A stretch of 63,937 nt of DNA, filler included, from Conidiobolus incongruus B7586 (Eukaryota), in assembly GCA_000697335.1 (NCBI GenBank). It is 11 parts of 11 records of this genome, joined end to end, with 100 filler letters (N's around TTAATTAATTAA, not from the genome) between each part and the next. Parts side by side here need not be neighbours in the genome. Positions count along the whole stretch, not along the records: positions 33,154 to 40,019 come from JNEM01006678.1; positions 40,120 to 47,677 come from JNEM01006679.1; positions 47,778 to 50,558 come from JNEM01006680.1; positions 50,659 to 53,199 come from JNEM01006681.1; 7 more parts are not named here. One strand, given 5' to 3'. The notes under the pieces are model-generated. The model did no database searches and had not been told where the DNA came from. It was given only the letters and a program-made list of their open reading frames with translations. The translations under genes were made by a program, and so were the position numbers. Of the stretch, positions 38,848-52,462 are shown piece by piece; positions within the stretch are counted from its first letter, which is position 1; each line of letters starts with the position of its first letter.

Positions 38848-39391
38848 TGTAAGGAAATTGATAATGGGCATCAATGCCAGCTCCAGGATTTTATCTCAAT
38901 GGTCAGAAGTATAGGTGATTATGTGTTCTACAACCTTGGAGGCGATGAAGATTAGTTGGATCGCAATGACTAGATGATTGGGTTTGTTTTAGACAATTAA
39001 TCGTAAAATCACTGATTAGATCAAGTGAGTGCCATGTTGTAAAGTTATAGGGCAATGAATGAAATAAAAAATTAAAAATATTCTAGCAAAACTTAGTTTT
39101 ATTAACTTAAGAAATATACTGAATATAATTAATTATTATAAGGTAGGAAGATAGGTTTAGTAACACGCTAGAATAGAAGTGCTACTTTAAGAAGTTCTGA
39201 AGGTAATAGGAGAGGATAATTTGTAGTGGAAGTGAAGTTTTAATTGATCAAACCAGAAGACGGGCTTCTATGCTAGAAGCCACAGGTGTATTAGGGTTTT
39301 TGGCGGGCATGACTGAATAATAGTGTATCCTTGTGATGGTTCTTAAGACTTACTCTTTCTTTCCGTTTGTCCGAAGGTACAGAATGCGACA
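38848..39391. mobile_element. Probable solo LTR (544 bp), not hypermutated
   Basis: The GC-richer island begins TGTAAG and ends GCGACA at its compositional edges. Flanks CTTTT / CTTTG are a 5-bp TSD with one mismatch. Central TATA/AATAAA-like AT block; no ORF of 60 aa or more. Confidence 0.55.
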
Positions 39392-40516
39392 CTTTGTAAA
39401 ACTTGATATAAACTTATTCAATATTTATTTTTTGTATTCCTCTATTGATGCATATGAAACTATTTATTTTTAACATTAATTTTTTGTTAATTTAGCACCT
39501 TAATTAAATATCTAACAGATTTAAATCATAAAGATAAATGAAAAAGATAAAATATTTATATATAGTATATTAAATTAATAGTTTACATTTTATGTCATGA
39601 CTATCATTTATACCTTTGAATGTTGCATAACTTTTAAAACACATTTTTGATTAAGTCATGGAATTTTAATTTATATTATTATATAAAATTTGGATATTTG
39701 GAATTTGAAATTTATTAATATGATTAATTATAATTTAACTCAGAAATTAAAGTCTTAAAAAATTATTTTATTCTGAAAATAAATATATCTATTATGATAT
39801 TTAAATAAAATTAATACCTTTATTTATATTTTATATTGAAATAAGTTATATTTGCTAAATAAATTTTGAATTTTAAAGAAATAACAAAATAAATCAAAAT
39901 TTGGAAATAATAAACTATATATCAAAATAAATAGTTTTGAATTATAAATTTAAATATGCTAATTTATAATAATTAATTTGATTAAAATTATTTAATTTAA
40001 AGTTTAGTGAAATATTTTTNNNNNNNNNNNNNNNNNNNNNNNNNNNNNNNNNNNNNNNNNNNNTTAATTAATTAANNNNNNNNNNNNNNNNNNNNNNNNN
40101 NNNNNNNNNNNNNNNNNNNATAAAAATCAAATATTGATAGAATTATAATATCAGAGTTTAATAAAAATATCAATAGATATTATTCAAAATTAAATCAAAA
40201 TTTTAAAAACAAAAGTATTTTTAATTATAATTTTTTTAGATATATTTTTATTCAATATTTTGATAATATTAATTATTTTTATTGATATTTAAAAATAAAT
40301 ATTTTATAAAATAATCTATAATCTTAATAAGAATTTTATATTATATATTTTTTTGACTTTTTATAATAAATTATTATATAAGATTTAATAAAGTCAATAA
40401 TACAGATTTGAGAGTATTAATTAATTTTTTGTTATAAAATAAATTATATTAGTTTAAACTAATATATTAATTAATTAATTAATTGATTAAAAAGATTTTG
40501 AAATTTATAATAATAA

Positions 40517-41094
40517 TGTCAAGCCCTCTAAGTAATGTTTTTTTATTTAGCTCAGGTAATGCATTATAGTGTTTATCTATTTTATTAACAAAATATACTA
40601 TATAAGTAAGTATTAATATTTTATAAGTAAACTGTAAGTTTAGTCAAATAGTAAACCTAAATAATTTCTTAGTTAGTGTTATCATACAAAGTATAATTTA
40701 AGATAATATATAATGGAATAGATTTCCAAATAGAGTAATATTTGTCTTTTCTTTTAACTTAAATAAAGATGGTAAAAGCTAGCTCTACATTATTTAATTA
40801 ATTTCAATTTGTTATTTAATAAATTATTTATTTGGTTATTATAATAGATGTTTTGCTCCTTAATATTCCTTTAAATAAAAAGATAATTTATAATATTATT
40901 GATGTTGGTTATAATAATAGCTGTTTTTACTAAAACTTATTTGTTTTATTAAAAGTAAAATATTATTGATAATTAATAATAAGGTATAAATTATTAATAT
41001 AAAATCAATTTTTTATAATTTAAAAAAAGCAATCTAGCTGACTTAATTAATAGTAACTTAAAAGATTACTAATACAATATTTTTGATTATAATA
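40517..41094 (-). repeat. 3' LTR of the decayed gypsy element
   Basis: TGTCAAG...GATTATAATA; 578 bp, colinear with 47010-47587. Confidence 0.88.
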
Positions 41095-44000
41095 CTATTC
41101 TCTTTTAAGTAAATTCTTAGCCTTAATTTTTTAACAAGAAGTTACCAATTAATTCTAAAATATTAATATGCTATAATTTAATCTATTGATATTTTGATAT
41201 TAGTTATCTTTTTTAATAAACTAAAAAGTACTTTTCTCTATATTTAATTATATTGTTTAGAATTTCTTCTATCTTATAAGTATCATCAATACTGGTTATA
41301 GATTTAAGAGCTTAATTATTATTATTTTTGATTTTCCTATTAGTGATTTTAAATTGGGATAAATAAAAAATATTATGAATCTTTATGTTTTAGGTAGTTT
41401 AACTTTATAAACAATATTATTAATCTTCTTTATTATTGGGAATAGTTTTAAAAACTTAATATCTAATTTCTTATTAGGTTTTATTAAATATAGATTTTAA
41501 ATACTAATATAAACTTTCTTGTCATTTAAATTTATATCAATGTTCAATTATAACTTTTGATTGTAATATTTTTTATATTGTTTTTGAATTTGTTATAGAC
41601 TCTTCATTAATTTATTTTATAAAGAATTCATTTATTTTTGATAATTTTCTAATTTTAGAAATTTAGTTGATATATAAATAGTAATAAATAAAAGATTATA
41701 GCTAGTATATATATCAAATGATATTATTTTAATTAAGCAATGATATAAATTATTATAAGAGAATTCTACTATTGGTAATAATTCTTTTTAATTATTTTGT
41801 TGATAAATATAATATTGTTTCAAATATTATTTAAGTATATGGTTAATCCTCTTAGTTTGTTTATTTGTTTAAAAATAGTACTTAGAATAAAGGTTTAGTT
41901 TAATATATAATTGTTTAGTAAAGTTATTCTAATATTTTAATATAAACAATTTATCTTCATTACTAATAATATATATTGGTAGTTTAAATCTTTTAAAATG
42001 ATTATTGATAAAAATAACTGCTAATTTAGATATAGTAATAGTATTAATACATAGAATAAATTATACCATTTTTGTTAAATAATTTATAATTATTAAAATT
42101 AAGTTAAAGTTTTTAGATTTTAATAAACTAGTTATAAAATCCATGGATATTTTTTGAAAAGATACTATAGGTATATTTAATATTTATAAACTTCTATTAA
42201 GGGTGGTGTTAATAGATTTATTTATATTATATTCTAAACATGAATTAATATATTTAGTAATATATTTTTTTATTTTAAGTTATTTATATTGATAAACTAT
42301 TAATTTTAAAGTTTTCTTGATTCTTTTATATTTTATAATTAAGCTATTATAACATTATTTTAGAATTATTTGTTTATTTTTATTTCTAAAAACTATAGTT
42401 AATTTGTTTTGTTTGATTAATTTATCTTTAAGTTTATATTTCTTAAACTTTCTTTTATTTACTAATTTTATTATATTTTAAGCTATTTTGTTCTTTAAAA
42501 TTATTTTGGTTATTTTTTCTTTAACCAAGTTTTTTTAAGATATAATTAGAAAATATAATAGGTTTAAAGTTAATTGTTGCTTTTATTAATACTTTTAAAT
42601 TCTTTTGGAAAAATAAAATATTTAAGATTATAACTAAAATCATCAATAATTAAATTTTTTATTCCTGGTATATATTTAATTTAAAAATTATATTATAAAA
42701 ATATTAAACTTTAATAAACTTGTTTTGTGTTTAATAGCTTAGTAAACATAAAATATTCTAGATTTTTATAATCTGTAAATATTATTAATATGTAAAAAAA
42801 GCAATTATGTAAACTTGAAAATATTTTAAAAATTTTACAATATTTAAGAGTTTTTTATTATATATATTGTAATTAATTTCTGCTAGTGTAAACTTTCTAG
42901 AGAAATATACAATTAGTTTAGATTCTTGTAATAATACTACTTTTATTGTAAAATTAGATATATTAATATATAATTAATAAGCTAGTTGATTCTTTAGGTA
43001 ACTTAAAGTTGATATACGAGTTAATCGATATATTAGATATTTAAAGGCAAAATATATATTTTTATCCCATTCAAATTATTGATGTTTTTCTGTTATGTTA
43101 TTTAATAGTAGTATAATATTACTAAAGTTTAAAATAAACATTTGTGAGAAATTTACCACTCTTAAAAAACTTTAAACTTCTTTTTTATTAGTTGGGATTT
43201 TCTAATCTAAAATGTCTTTTATATAATTAAAATCTATTGATATTCCTTGTAGGTTGATATTATATCTTAAGAATATTGTAGAATTAATATGAAATTTATT
43301 TTTTTTCAAGTTTTATATATAAGTTATTTTGTTTAAAAGCTTTTAAAAATTGTTTAACATATCTAATATATTCTTCTTTGTCATTGCTGTAAATAAAAAT
43401 ATTGCTTAAGTAAACTATTATAAACTAGTTTAAGAATAAATATAGTAGTTTAGTTATATATTTTTAAAATGTAACAGGTGTATTAGTGAGTTTAAAAAAC
43501 ACTACTAGCTATTTAAAGAATTTAAATCTATATTTAAATATTATTTTCTATTTATCTTTATTTTAAATTTGATATAATGATAAATATTCCTAAAATTTAA
43601 TTTAGTATATATATTGGTATCTTTAATCTAATCAAGTAATTTAAATATTAAGGGTAATAGAAAATTATCTTTAATGATAATATTATTTAATTTTCTATAA
43701 TTATAACAAATTCTCTATATGATATTTTTTTTAATAAATAATACTAGAGCATTAATAAATGATAAAAAATAATATATAACTTTTTTCTCTAAATGTTCTT
43801 TAATATATATTTTTAAATAATTACTTTAATTTTAGGTAATTGAATATATAAAAGAATTTTGTGGTAATTGTTTATTGATTAAATTAATAAAATAGTTATA
43901 GTTTAAATATTTAGGTGATTTATTAACTATTACTTTTAAGAAAATTTTGTTGAATTTTTTATATTTAATTAGTATATTAATATAGTCTTTTTTGGTTATA

Positions 44001-45434
44001 TTATATAATATATTTATTTTTATTTCAAGAAAAGGGATTTTCAATGGTTTTTGTAATTCTTAAAATATTATAACTTATTTATTTTTAAAATCTAAATAAG
44101 CAGATAATTTATTCAAAAATTTTATTCTAAGGATTACTAGTAAAGATGAATTAATAATATAAAATTATTTAAGAATATTTTATCCTTGAATTGAAATGTT
44201 AACTTATTTAGTGATTAGATTATCTTAATTTATTTTTCTTCTATTGATTGTAAATACTTTATAATATTATGCATTTTTTTTCATCTGTAACTTATATCTT
44301 AATATAAGTTCTTTCAATTTATAACAATATAAACTATTTGTATTAATCATATATTGAAGCTTTTTTTACCTATTTTAGCTTTAATAAATATATAGATAGT
44401 AGGTAATATTATATGATTTAAGATAGCTACTAATAGTTTCTAGTTATAATGACTAGAATTTGTTTTTTAGTTTGTTGAAGTATCTTGTGTTAAGGTTATA
44501 TATTGTTTATTCTATTAATTTTAAAAGAATTTATAATTTGCTATTTAGTGTTTTAGTTTACTATAATTAAAACATAGATTTTCTTTTTGTTATTAGGTAA
44601 TTTTTTTTGGATATCTTAATTTTTCCTTGTTTAATTAGTTGAGTTTTAGTAGATTTTTTATTTTTTAAGTTATAAGTTGGTAATTATAATTTGTCTTTAA
44701 CTTCTATTATTAGCAATATAGTTTTATGTAAGATATTTAGAAATTATTAAGTTTTTAATTCTTATCTTAAATTAAACTGTAAATTATCTATAAAATACAG
44801 AATTTATACTTTAAGGTTTAAGATAAAGTCTCTTATTAAACCTATAAATTAAATACTAAATTTTTTATAAGTTTTTTAATTTTCTATATATATTATTTAA
44901 CTTATAGGTTAAGTTTGTTGTATTTAGTTTTATCACCAAAATATATATCAAAACATTTTTTAAATCTATAAAAATTATTTAATTAACTTGGTTCATTCTT
45001 CAATATTACTTTTGCCTATTTATAAACATTATTCTTTAATGAATTTCTCAAAAGGATTACTTTTGAAGAATCTCTAATATAGTTGCTTTAATTCTAATTA
45101 ATATAATTTTCTAATTATTCTAAAAACTTATAAGTTTCCTTAGTATTTCTATTAAAATTAGTGTTAAAGCTATAATAATAATGAGTAGCATAGGTTAATA
45201 ATAAGTTAACAGATAAAATCAGGTAATTTATATTATTAATTATTATTTATAATGAGTTATTTGTAGTTTTCTTTCTTCTAAAATATATTCTTATTAGTTG
45301 TATAATTATAGTTAATAATATAGTTATAATAATTATTGCTATTATATAAAAATAAATTAAAATCTAGTAAAGTATTGCTATAAAAGTAAAAGTAGTTATT
45401 TCTACTCTTAATTTTATATAAAGGGAGTAAAATA

Positions 45435-47004
45435 CACTGACTTATAAAAGTAAGTCATAAAATCAAAAACACTTATATTTTTATTAATAACTTGATTAAT
45501 ATTTAATAAAATAAATCTAAATTAAATAATTAAAATCTATTATATTTATTAACTATATATATCATTAAATGATGATATTTTGCTATTAATTGACTAAAAT
45601 ATAAACTTTTAAATTTTACCTAGGGTGAGTTATAAATTTGTAGGTTTTTAGTGATAAAAAAAATTAAAACCTAGTATATCTACCTTTAGCTTTTCTAACA
45701 TCTTTAAGTTTGTGGGGTATAGAATCAATTAACTTCTTATACTAAAAAAGGTTAATCTTGTTTTATACTTCTTAAACATATTTTTAAAGTTGATTTAAAT
45801 TTTTAGCTAGGGGGAAAGCTTTAATAGCTTTTTTTAATTAATCCTAAAGGTGTTCAATTAGATTAAAGTTAAAAGATTAAAAAAGCTACTTTATAACTAT
45901 TATCTTATTATTTTTAAGTTATTTGGTAGTAAAAGTTATAGTATAGCAAGAGGTATTATTTTATTAAAAAATAATATCAGATTTATTTAACCTATATTAT
46001 TCAATGGTTTTTTTAATTTATTGTTTAGAATACTTTAGTATATCTCTATATTAATTCCCCTATTAACTTTACAAAGATATTTTACACCTAAAGATAATAT
46101 ATATCCCTAAACAATAATTAACCTACTATTATATTTTTGGGTAAAATTAACATTATAGTTATAAAGTAATTCTATATCTTTTCTAAAATATCTAGCTTTT
46201 CTATTAAATCCACTAAATTATATTTTTGTTTCATTAAACTAAATAACCTTACTCTAATTAGTTTTAGTTTAATATTAATAGTAACATTTAAACTCCCACT
46301 TAGCTTTATAGTGGGATTTTTTTAATTGGGGGTGTTTTTTCTTAAGGTGTAAGTGGTATCTATGCTAATATAAAACACATATAATAGTATCAGTGTTAAT
46401 TAATATTCTTGTATAGTTTTATAGTTCCTGTTATATTTCTACAATAATACCACATTTACCTGTATTAACTAACCTATAAATATACTTCTTATTATATTTA
46501 TCTATAATTTTAACATACTTAAGTTTAAGTTTAAATGTTTTTTTATTGTTATTCTTAACAACCCTAGCTATAATAAACTAGCTAACACTAGTAATTCTAA
46601 TAATATTATAAGTTAATTTACCTTTTTTATAAAGTTGATTAATATATAAGTGGATTTTTTTAGAGAGGGATTTAGGTATAATAATATTAATAAAAAAAAT
46701 TTAGTATATCTTTAAAATATAATATAAAATAATAACAAAGAGAGAAAAAAGATATAGTTATATATTGTTAGATATATCCCCTTATCTTAAAAACCTGCAA
46801 ATTTATAACTACCTTGGTTAAATATTAAAAGTTGATATTTTTGCTAATAGTTTACTATATATATCTAAATATATTTATTTATTATTAAATAATATACTTT
46901 AATTATATATTATAATTTCAAGTAATCTAATATATACAATTGTTTTAGTTATTAATTAATATATATATATTTTTGATTTTATAACTCACTTTTGTGGATT
47001 AGTG
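45435..47004 (-). mobile_element. Tc1-family (DD34E, IR/DR) transposon, full length 1570 bp, hypermutated
   Basis: TA|CACTGACTTATAAAAGTAAGTCATAAAATC ... GATTTTATAACTCACTTTTGTGGATTAGTG|TA, with inner direct-repeat motifs near 45625 and 46805. Confidence 0.92.
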
Positions 47005-47009
47005 TATAT

Positions 47010-47587
47010 TATTAATCTTTTTAAGTAATTTTTTTATTTAACTTAAATAATATATTATAGTATTCACTTACTTTATTAATAGGATATACTCTATAAGTGA
47101 GTATTAATATTTTATAAATAAACTATAAATTTAGTTTAATAGTAAACCTATATAGTTTTTTAGTTAATATTATCATATAAAGTATAACTTAAGATAATAT
47201 ATAAAAGAATAGATTTCCAAATAAAATAACATTTGTTTTTTCTTCTAACTTAGGTAAAGATAATAAAAGCTAGTTTTATATTATTTAATTAATCTTAATT
47301 TGTTATTTAACCAATTATTTATTTAGTTATTATATCAGATATTTTACTCCTTGATATTTTTTTAAGTGAAAGGGTAATTTATAATATTGTTGATATTAAT
47401 TATAATGATAGCTAAGTTTTTATTAAAATTTATTTGTTTTATCAAAAATAAAGTGTTATTGATAATTAACAACAAAGTATAAATTATTAATACAAAATCA
47501 ATTATTAGTAACTTAAGAAAAGCAATTTAGTTAGCTTAATTAATAATACCTTAAAAGATTACTAATATAATATTTTAGATTGCAACA
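47010..47587 (-). repeat. 5' LTR of the decayed gypsy element
   Basis: TATTAAT(mutated TGTCAA)...GATTGCAACA; 578 bp. Confidence 0.88.
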
Positions 47588-48975
47588 AAAAATCTAAAAG
47601 AATTACTATATTTAAACAAAAAATTTATATCTATTATTATTAAAGTAATTTTTAATGATTAAATAATAAAATATATTNNNNNNNNNNNNNNNNNNNNNNN
47701 NNNNNNNNNNNNNNNNNNNNNTTAATTAATTAANNNNNNNNNNNNNNNNNNNNNNNNNNNNNNNNNNNNNNNNNNNNATAAAAAAATTTATATTATTAAA
47801 TTCCTAAAATTTAAAAATTTTCTGTTAATTAATTTATCTTATAATTTTTTATTTTTAATTATCATCGTATTATTTTTTTAATTAAATATTTTATAAATAT
47901 ACCTATTAATGATTTAATTAATTTTAGTTATTTTAATTATATTAATTTTTTTTATCTTAAAATTATCTCTACCTATTTAAACAAATAACTGAATAATTAA
48001 ATATAGTAATAGTATAGTAAAGTAAACATTTAATGTTATATCTAGATATTTTTTACTATGTCTTAATTACTCCCTATATATTATATTTTTAGTTGGTAAT
48101 ATTTTTCTCAGTTTTATAATAAGTTAAAATTAGTTTAAATATTATAATTTTATTTTTATAAGTATTACTCTAAAAAGTTATATATTTATTTTTTTATTTT
48201 TTAATAGAAATTAATAGATTAATTTTTAAAAATTTTATATTATTATATTATAAAATTATAAAATACTTTATATAATATTAACTCTAAAATTATAATAAAT
48301 AATCTTATTATTATAAGCAAAAATTAATTTAAAAAATTATAAAGATATATATTTATTTATTTTTTTATCTATTAATACTTTATTTATTAATTTTAATAGA
48401 ATTATATTTAATAGTTATTTTTATATAATATTTTAGGTTAATTTATTAATTTTTTTAAATTTATAATTAGATTATTATTTAAATATAATATTAAACAGAA
48501 AATTAAATATTTTGTGATATTTAATTAAACCTAAAGCTTATTTGCTATTTATCTCTTAAATTATGTCAAATTTTAAAAGAAAAAATTTAAAAATTACTTA
48601 AAAATAAATATCTTAAATCTTTTTCCTTATAATAAAAATTAATTATTTTTGTATATAAAAAGTTGATAATAATTAAAAATTATATATTAATAATTATATT
48701 TTTGATTAAATAATAATGAAAAATAGAATATTTTATTAAAATTATATAATATTAAAGATAAACTATTTAAATGAATAATATTTATAAAAATAGATATTAT
48801 AATATTAAGGTTAAAGAAAATTTTATTCCCTTAACTATTTTGAATATTTTTTTGAATTATGATAAATATATTATGATGAATTATATTCTATATAATACTT
48901 TTATAATATTTACTTAATCTATCAATTTTTTTCTTTTTATTTTTAATAATCTTATTATTATTTATTTTAATAATA

Positions 48976-50279
48976 TTACCTTGAATTTGAAATAATGGGA
49001 AATTTTTTAATTTCCAATTTTTCAAACATATTATTAGTTTGAAATGAATAAATATATACAAAGTTAATAGGAAATTATATATTTTTAATATATATATTAG
49101 TTTTTTTGATTAAAAAATTAATTTTTTAAAATTGGTTGTTTAATTTAATCATGCTTAAACCAAATAGTGATCATCAAAAGTTTTTTATTTTGGTATCAGT
49201 AAAACTTAACCATAAACCTTCTAAAATTATTTAAAATTTACAAGCAGCTTTTGGTAATGAAGTATTATCTAAATCAACAATTTATTGCTGGGTAAATTAC
49301 TTTAAGGCTAGGAGAGAAACTATTCAAAACCTGCTAAAATCTAGAAGACCAACTTTAATTGTCACTTTTTCAATTGTAAATAGAGTAAAAAAATATATTG
49401 AAAAACACCCTTTTATTTCAGCTAGAGAATTATCTAAGTACTTTAATATTAGTTTTACAAGTATTTTATATATTTTAAAGTTTAAACTAAAATTAATAAA
49501 TAAAAATGTAAAATGGGTACCTTATAATTTAACTAAAGCTCAAAAAAAAGCTAGAGTAGCTATTATTAAACAAAACCTATTGAAATATTACCAGAAGCCT
49601 AGACTTTTACAGCAAATAATTGTAATTGATGAATCTTAGATCCCTATGTATAATCCTTTACCAAAACACTAATCAAGATGCTGGATTAAGCCAAATCAAC
49701 CCCCTCCACAAATCCCTTTAAATAAACATTTTGTTAATAAGCAAATGTTAATTATTGTAATAGATTATAATAATATATACTATTCTTATTTAGTTCCTGA
49801 AGGAAAATCAATTAATAGTAAACTATATATTGTTTTTTTAAATAAAAGTATTTCTAATTGGTGTTCTTAATATAATTTGAGAAGACCTATTATTTTGCAT
49901 GATAATTGCAAAATACATAAATCTAAAGCTATAAAAAACTTTCTAATTAAATATAACTGGAAAGAACTACCATATCCAGTATATTCCCCTGATTATAACC
50001 TATGTGATTATAATTGTTTTAGGCAATTAAAAAACCAGCTTGCAGGAAAGAAAATTTTTACAAGAAAATTTAATTAGTTTGTGAAATATCAAATTTCAGT
50101 CCTTAATAAAAAGAACTGTTTTTTAGGTGTTAGAAGTTTGCCAAAAGTATAGCAAAAAGTTATTAATAATAAAAGAAACTATTAAATTTATATTATATAC
50201 TTATTTTTATATATCATATATTCAAATGTTTATTTATTTTTAATTGCAAAATATTCCCATTATTAAAAATACAGAGTAA
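48976..50279 (+). mobile_element. mariner (DD34D) transposon, subfamily B, 1304 bp; best-preserved copy
   Basis: TA TSDs and TIRs. Translation: LSKSTIYCWVNYFK...KSRRP, KWVPYNLT, IIVIDES*I, ILHDNCKIH-(34 aa)-YSPDYNLCDY. Confidence 0.95.
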
Positions 50280-51152
50280 TATTTTAATTTACTTAATAAT
50301 AAAAATGAATATATTTGATATATTAATTAAATTTTATAGATTATTTAATAGTATAATTAGCTCTTAAAACTATTAAAATATATTTTTAATATTATTTCTG
50401 TTTTTTTCTATAGTTATATTATTTTTTTTCAAAAATTAATAATGATTTAATTATATTAAATAATACAAAAGTTTTAAGTATATTATATATATAGATTAAC
50501 TTATTATTTATATTTAAATAATTAATTTATTTTAAAGATTTTATTGATTATTATATTGNNNNNNNNNNNNNNNNNNNNNNNNNNNNNNNNNNNNNNNNNN
50601 NNTTAATTAATTAANNNNNNNNNNNNNNNNNNNNNNNNNNNNNNNNNNNNNNNNNNNNAATTTCTTTATTTTAAATCAAACAATACTATATAAATTTTAA
50701 AAAAATTAATTAAAATATATTAAAATATTTAAAATTATTGGTAATCTACCATATTATGATAATTGTCTATATATCCCTAATATTTTTCAAATTTAATAAG
50801 AAATATTTGATAAATATTATAATTTATCAAAAAATATGTAAATTAATTGATAATTTCGAAAACAAATAAGAAAGGTTAATATTAACTTTCTTTGATGAAA
50901 ATAATTTAAAGATATACTAATATTTATAATATATGTTCAAAAACCAAATATATTATTTAAATAATATATAATAAATTTATTTTTTTATAAGTTTTTTATA
51001 AAACTTAATGATGAATTTAACTTGATTTGATGGAAATTTCTAAATTAACAAATAAATATAATAATTTACTAATTATAATTAATTTATTTTTTAAATATGC
51101 TTATTTTATTCTTTGTTTTAAAGCCATTATTATTAAAGATACTGTATAATTA

Positions 51153-52462
51153 TTACTATAGAATTGAAGAAATGGGAAATTTTTTAATTTCTGATTTTTC
51201 AAATATATTATTAGTTTCAAATAAGTAAATATATTCAAAACAAATAGGAAATAAATAGTTTTGAATTATATATTTATATATAATAATTTTTTTGATTAAA
51301 AAATTAATTTTTAAAATTAGTTGTTTAATTTAATCATGCTTAAACTAAATAATAACTATCAAAAGTTTTTTATTTTAGTATTAGTAAAACTTAACCACAA
51401 ACCCTCTAAAATCATTTAAAATTTACAAACAGCTTTTGGTAATAAAATATTATCCAAATCAACAATTTATTACTAGGTAAATTACTTTAAGGCTAAGAGA
51501 GAAATTACCCAAAACCTGCCAAAATCTAAAAAACTAATTTTAACTATTACTCTTCTAATTGTTAATAAAGTAAAAAATTATATTGAAAAGCACCTTTTTA
51601 TTTCAGTTAGAGAACTACCAAGATACTTTAATATTAGTTACATAAGTATTTTATATATATTAAAGTTTAAATTAAAATTAACTAATAAAAATATAAAATA
51701 GGTATCTTATAATTTAACTAAAGCTTAAAAAAAAGCTAGAGTAGCTATTACTAAACAAAACTTACTAAGGTATAGCTAGAAACCAAGTCTTTTACAGTGA
51801 ATTATTATAATTGATGAATCTTGGATTTTGTTGTATAATCATTTGCTAAAACATAAATCAAGGTGTTAGATTAAGCCAAATCAACCCCTTTCACAAATTC
51901 CTTTAAATAAACACTTTATTGATAAGTGAATGTTAATTATAGCAATAAATTATAGTGGCATATACTATTTTTATTTATTTCTTAAAGGAAAATCTATAAA
52001 TAGTAAACTTTATATTTTTTTTAAATAAAACTATTTTTAATTGGTATTCTCAATATAATTTTAGAAGACCTATTATTTTGCATAATAATTACAAAATACA
52101 TAAATCTAAAGTTATAAAAAAACTTACTAATTAAATATAACTGGAAAGAACTACCACATCCAGTATATTCTTTAGATTATAACTTATGTGATTATAATTG
52201 TTTTAGGCAATTAAAAAACTAGCTTGCAAGAAAGAAAATTTCTACAGGAAAATTTAATTAGTTTATAAAACATCAAATTTCAGTCTTGAATAAAAAGAAC
52301 TGTTTTTTAAATATTAGATTTTTGCCAAAAGTATAGCAAAAAGTTATGAGAAATAAAGGAAATTATTAATTTTATATTATATATTTATTTTTACTGTTTA
52401 TATATTAAAATGTTTATTTTTTTCAATCACAAAAAATTCCCATTATTTAAATTACAAAGTAA
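51153..52462 (+). mobile_element. mariner (DD34D) transposon, subfamily A, 1310 bp, hypermutated
   Basis: TA|TTACTATAGAATTGAAGAAATGGGAAATTTTT ... AAAAAATTCCCATTATTTAAATTACAAAGTAA|TA; IDESWI; WKELPHPVYSLDYNLCDY. Confidence 0.94.

Larger units (their letters stand above)
40517..47587 (-). mobile_element. Full-length Ty3/gypsy LTR retrotransposon, heavily hypermutated, with a nested Tc1
   Basis: Two 578-bp LTRs. Minus-strand relics in gypsy order: gag (FLE*LENY...DSSKV), zinc knuckle LCFNYSKLKH*IANY (~44550), RT FIIVYLSNIFIYS (~43400), RNase H VYFSRKFTLAEINYNIYNKKLL (~42880), integrase ISMDFITSL...YLTKM (~42130). Purine tract next to the 3' LTR (41095-41108). Confidence 0.92.

Noticed and set aside
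38880..39040. TPP-riboswitch-like words (TGAGAT, ACTTGATCT) on the minus strand
   Set aside because: They are in the wrong order and lack the supporting helices.
39285..39310. TTAGGGTT (AACCCTAA on the minus strand) beside a hairpin, as a possible telomerase RNA template
   Set aside because: Only 8 nt match and I could not recognise a pseudoknot or CR4/5. The island is better explained as a solo LTR (TG...CA, near-TSD).
43015..43030. Two surviving CpGs inside the decayed gypsy pol
   Set aside because: Too small a sample to infer a protected site; they could be chance survivors or new mutations.
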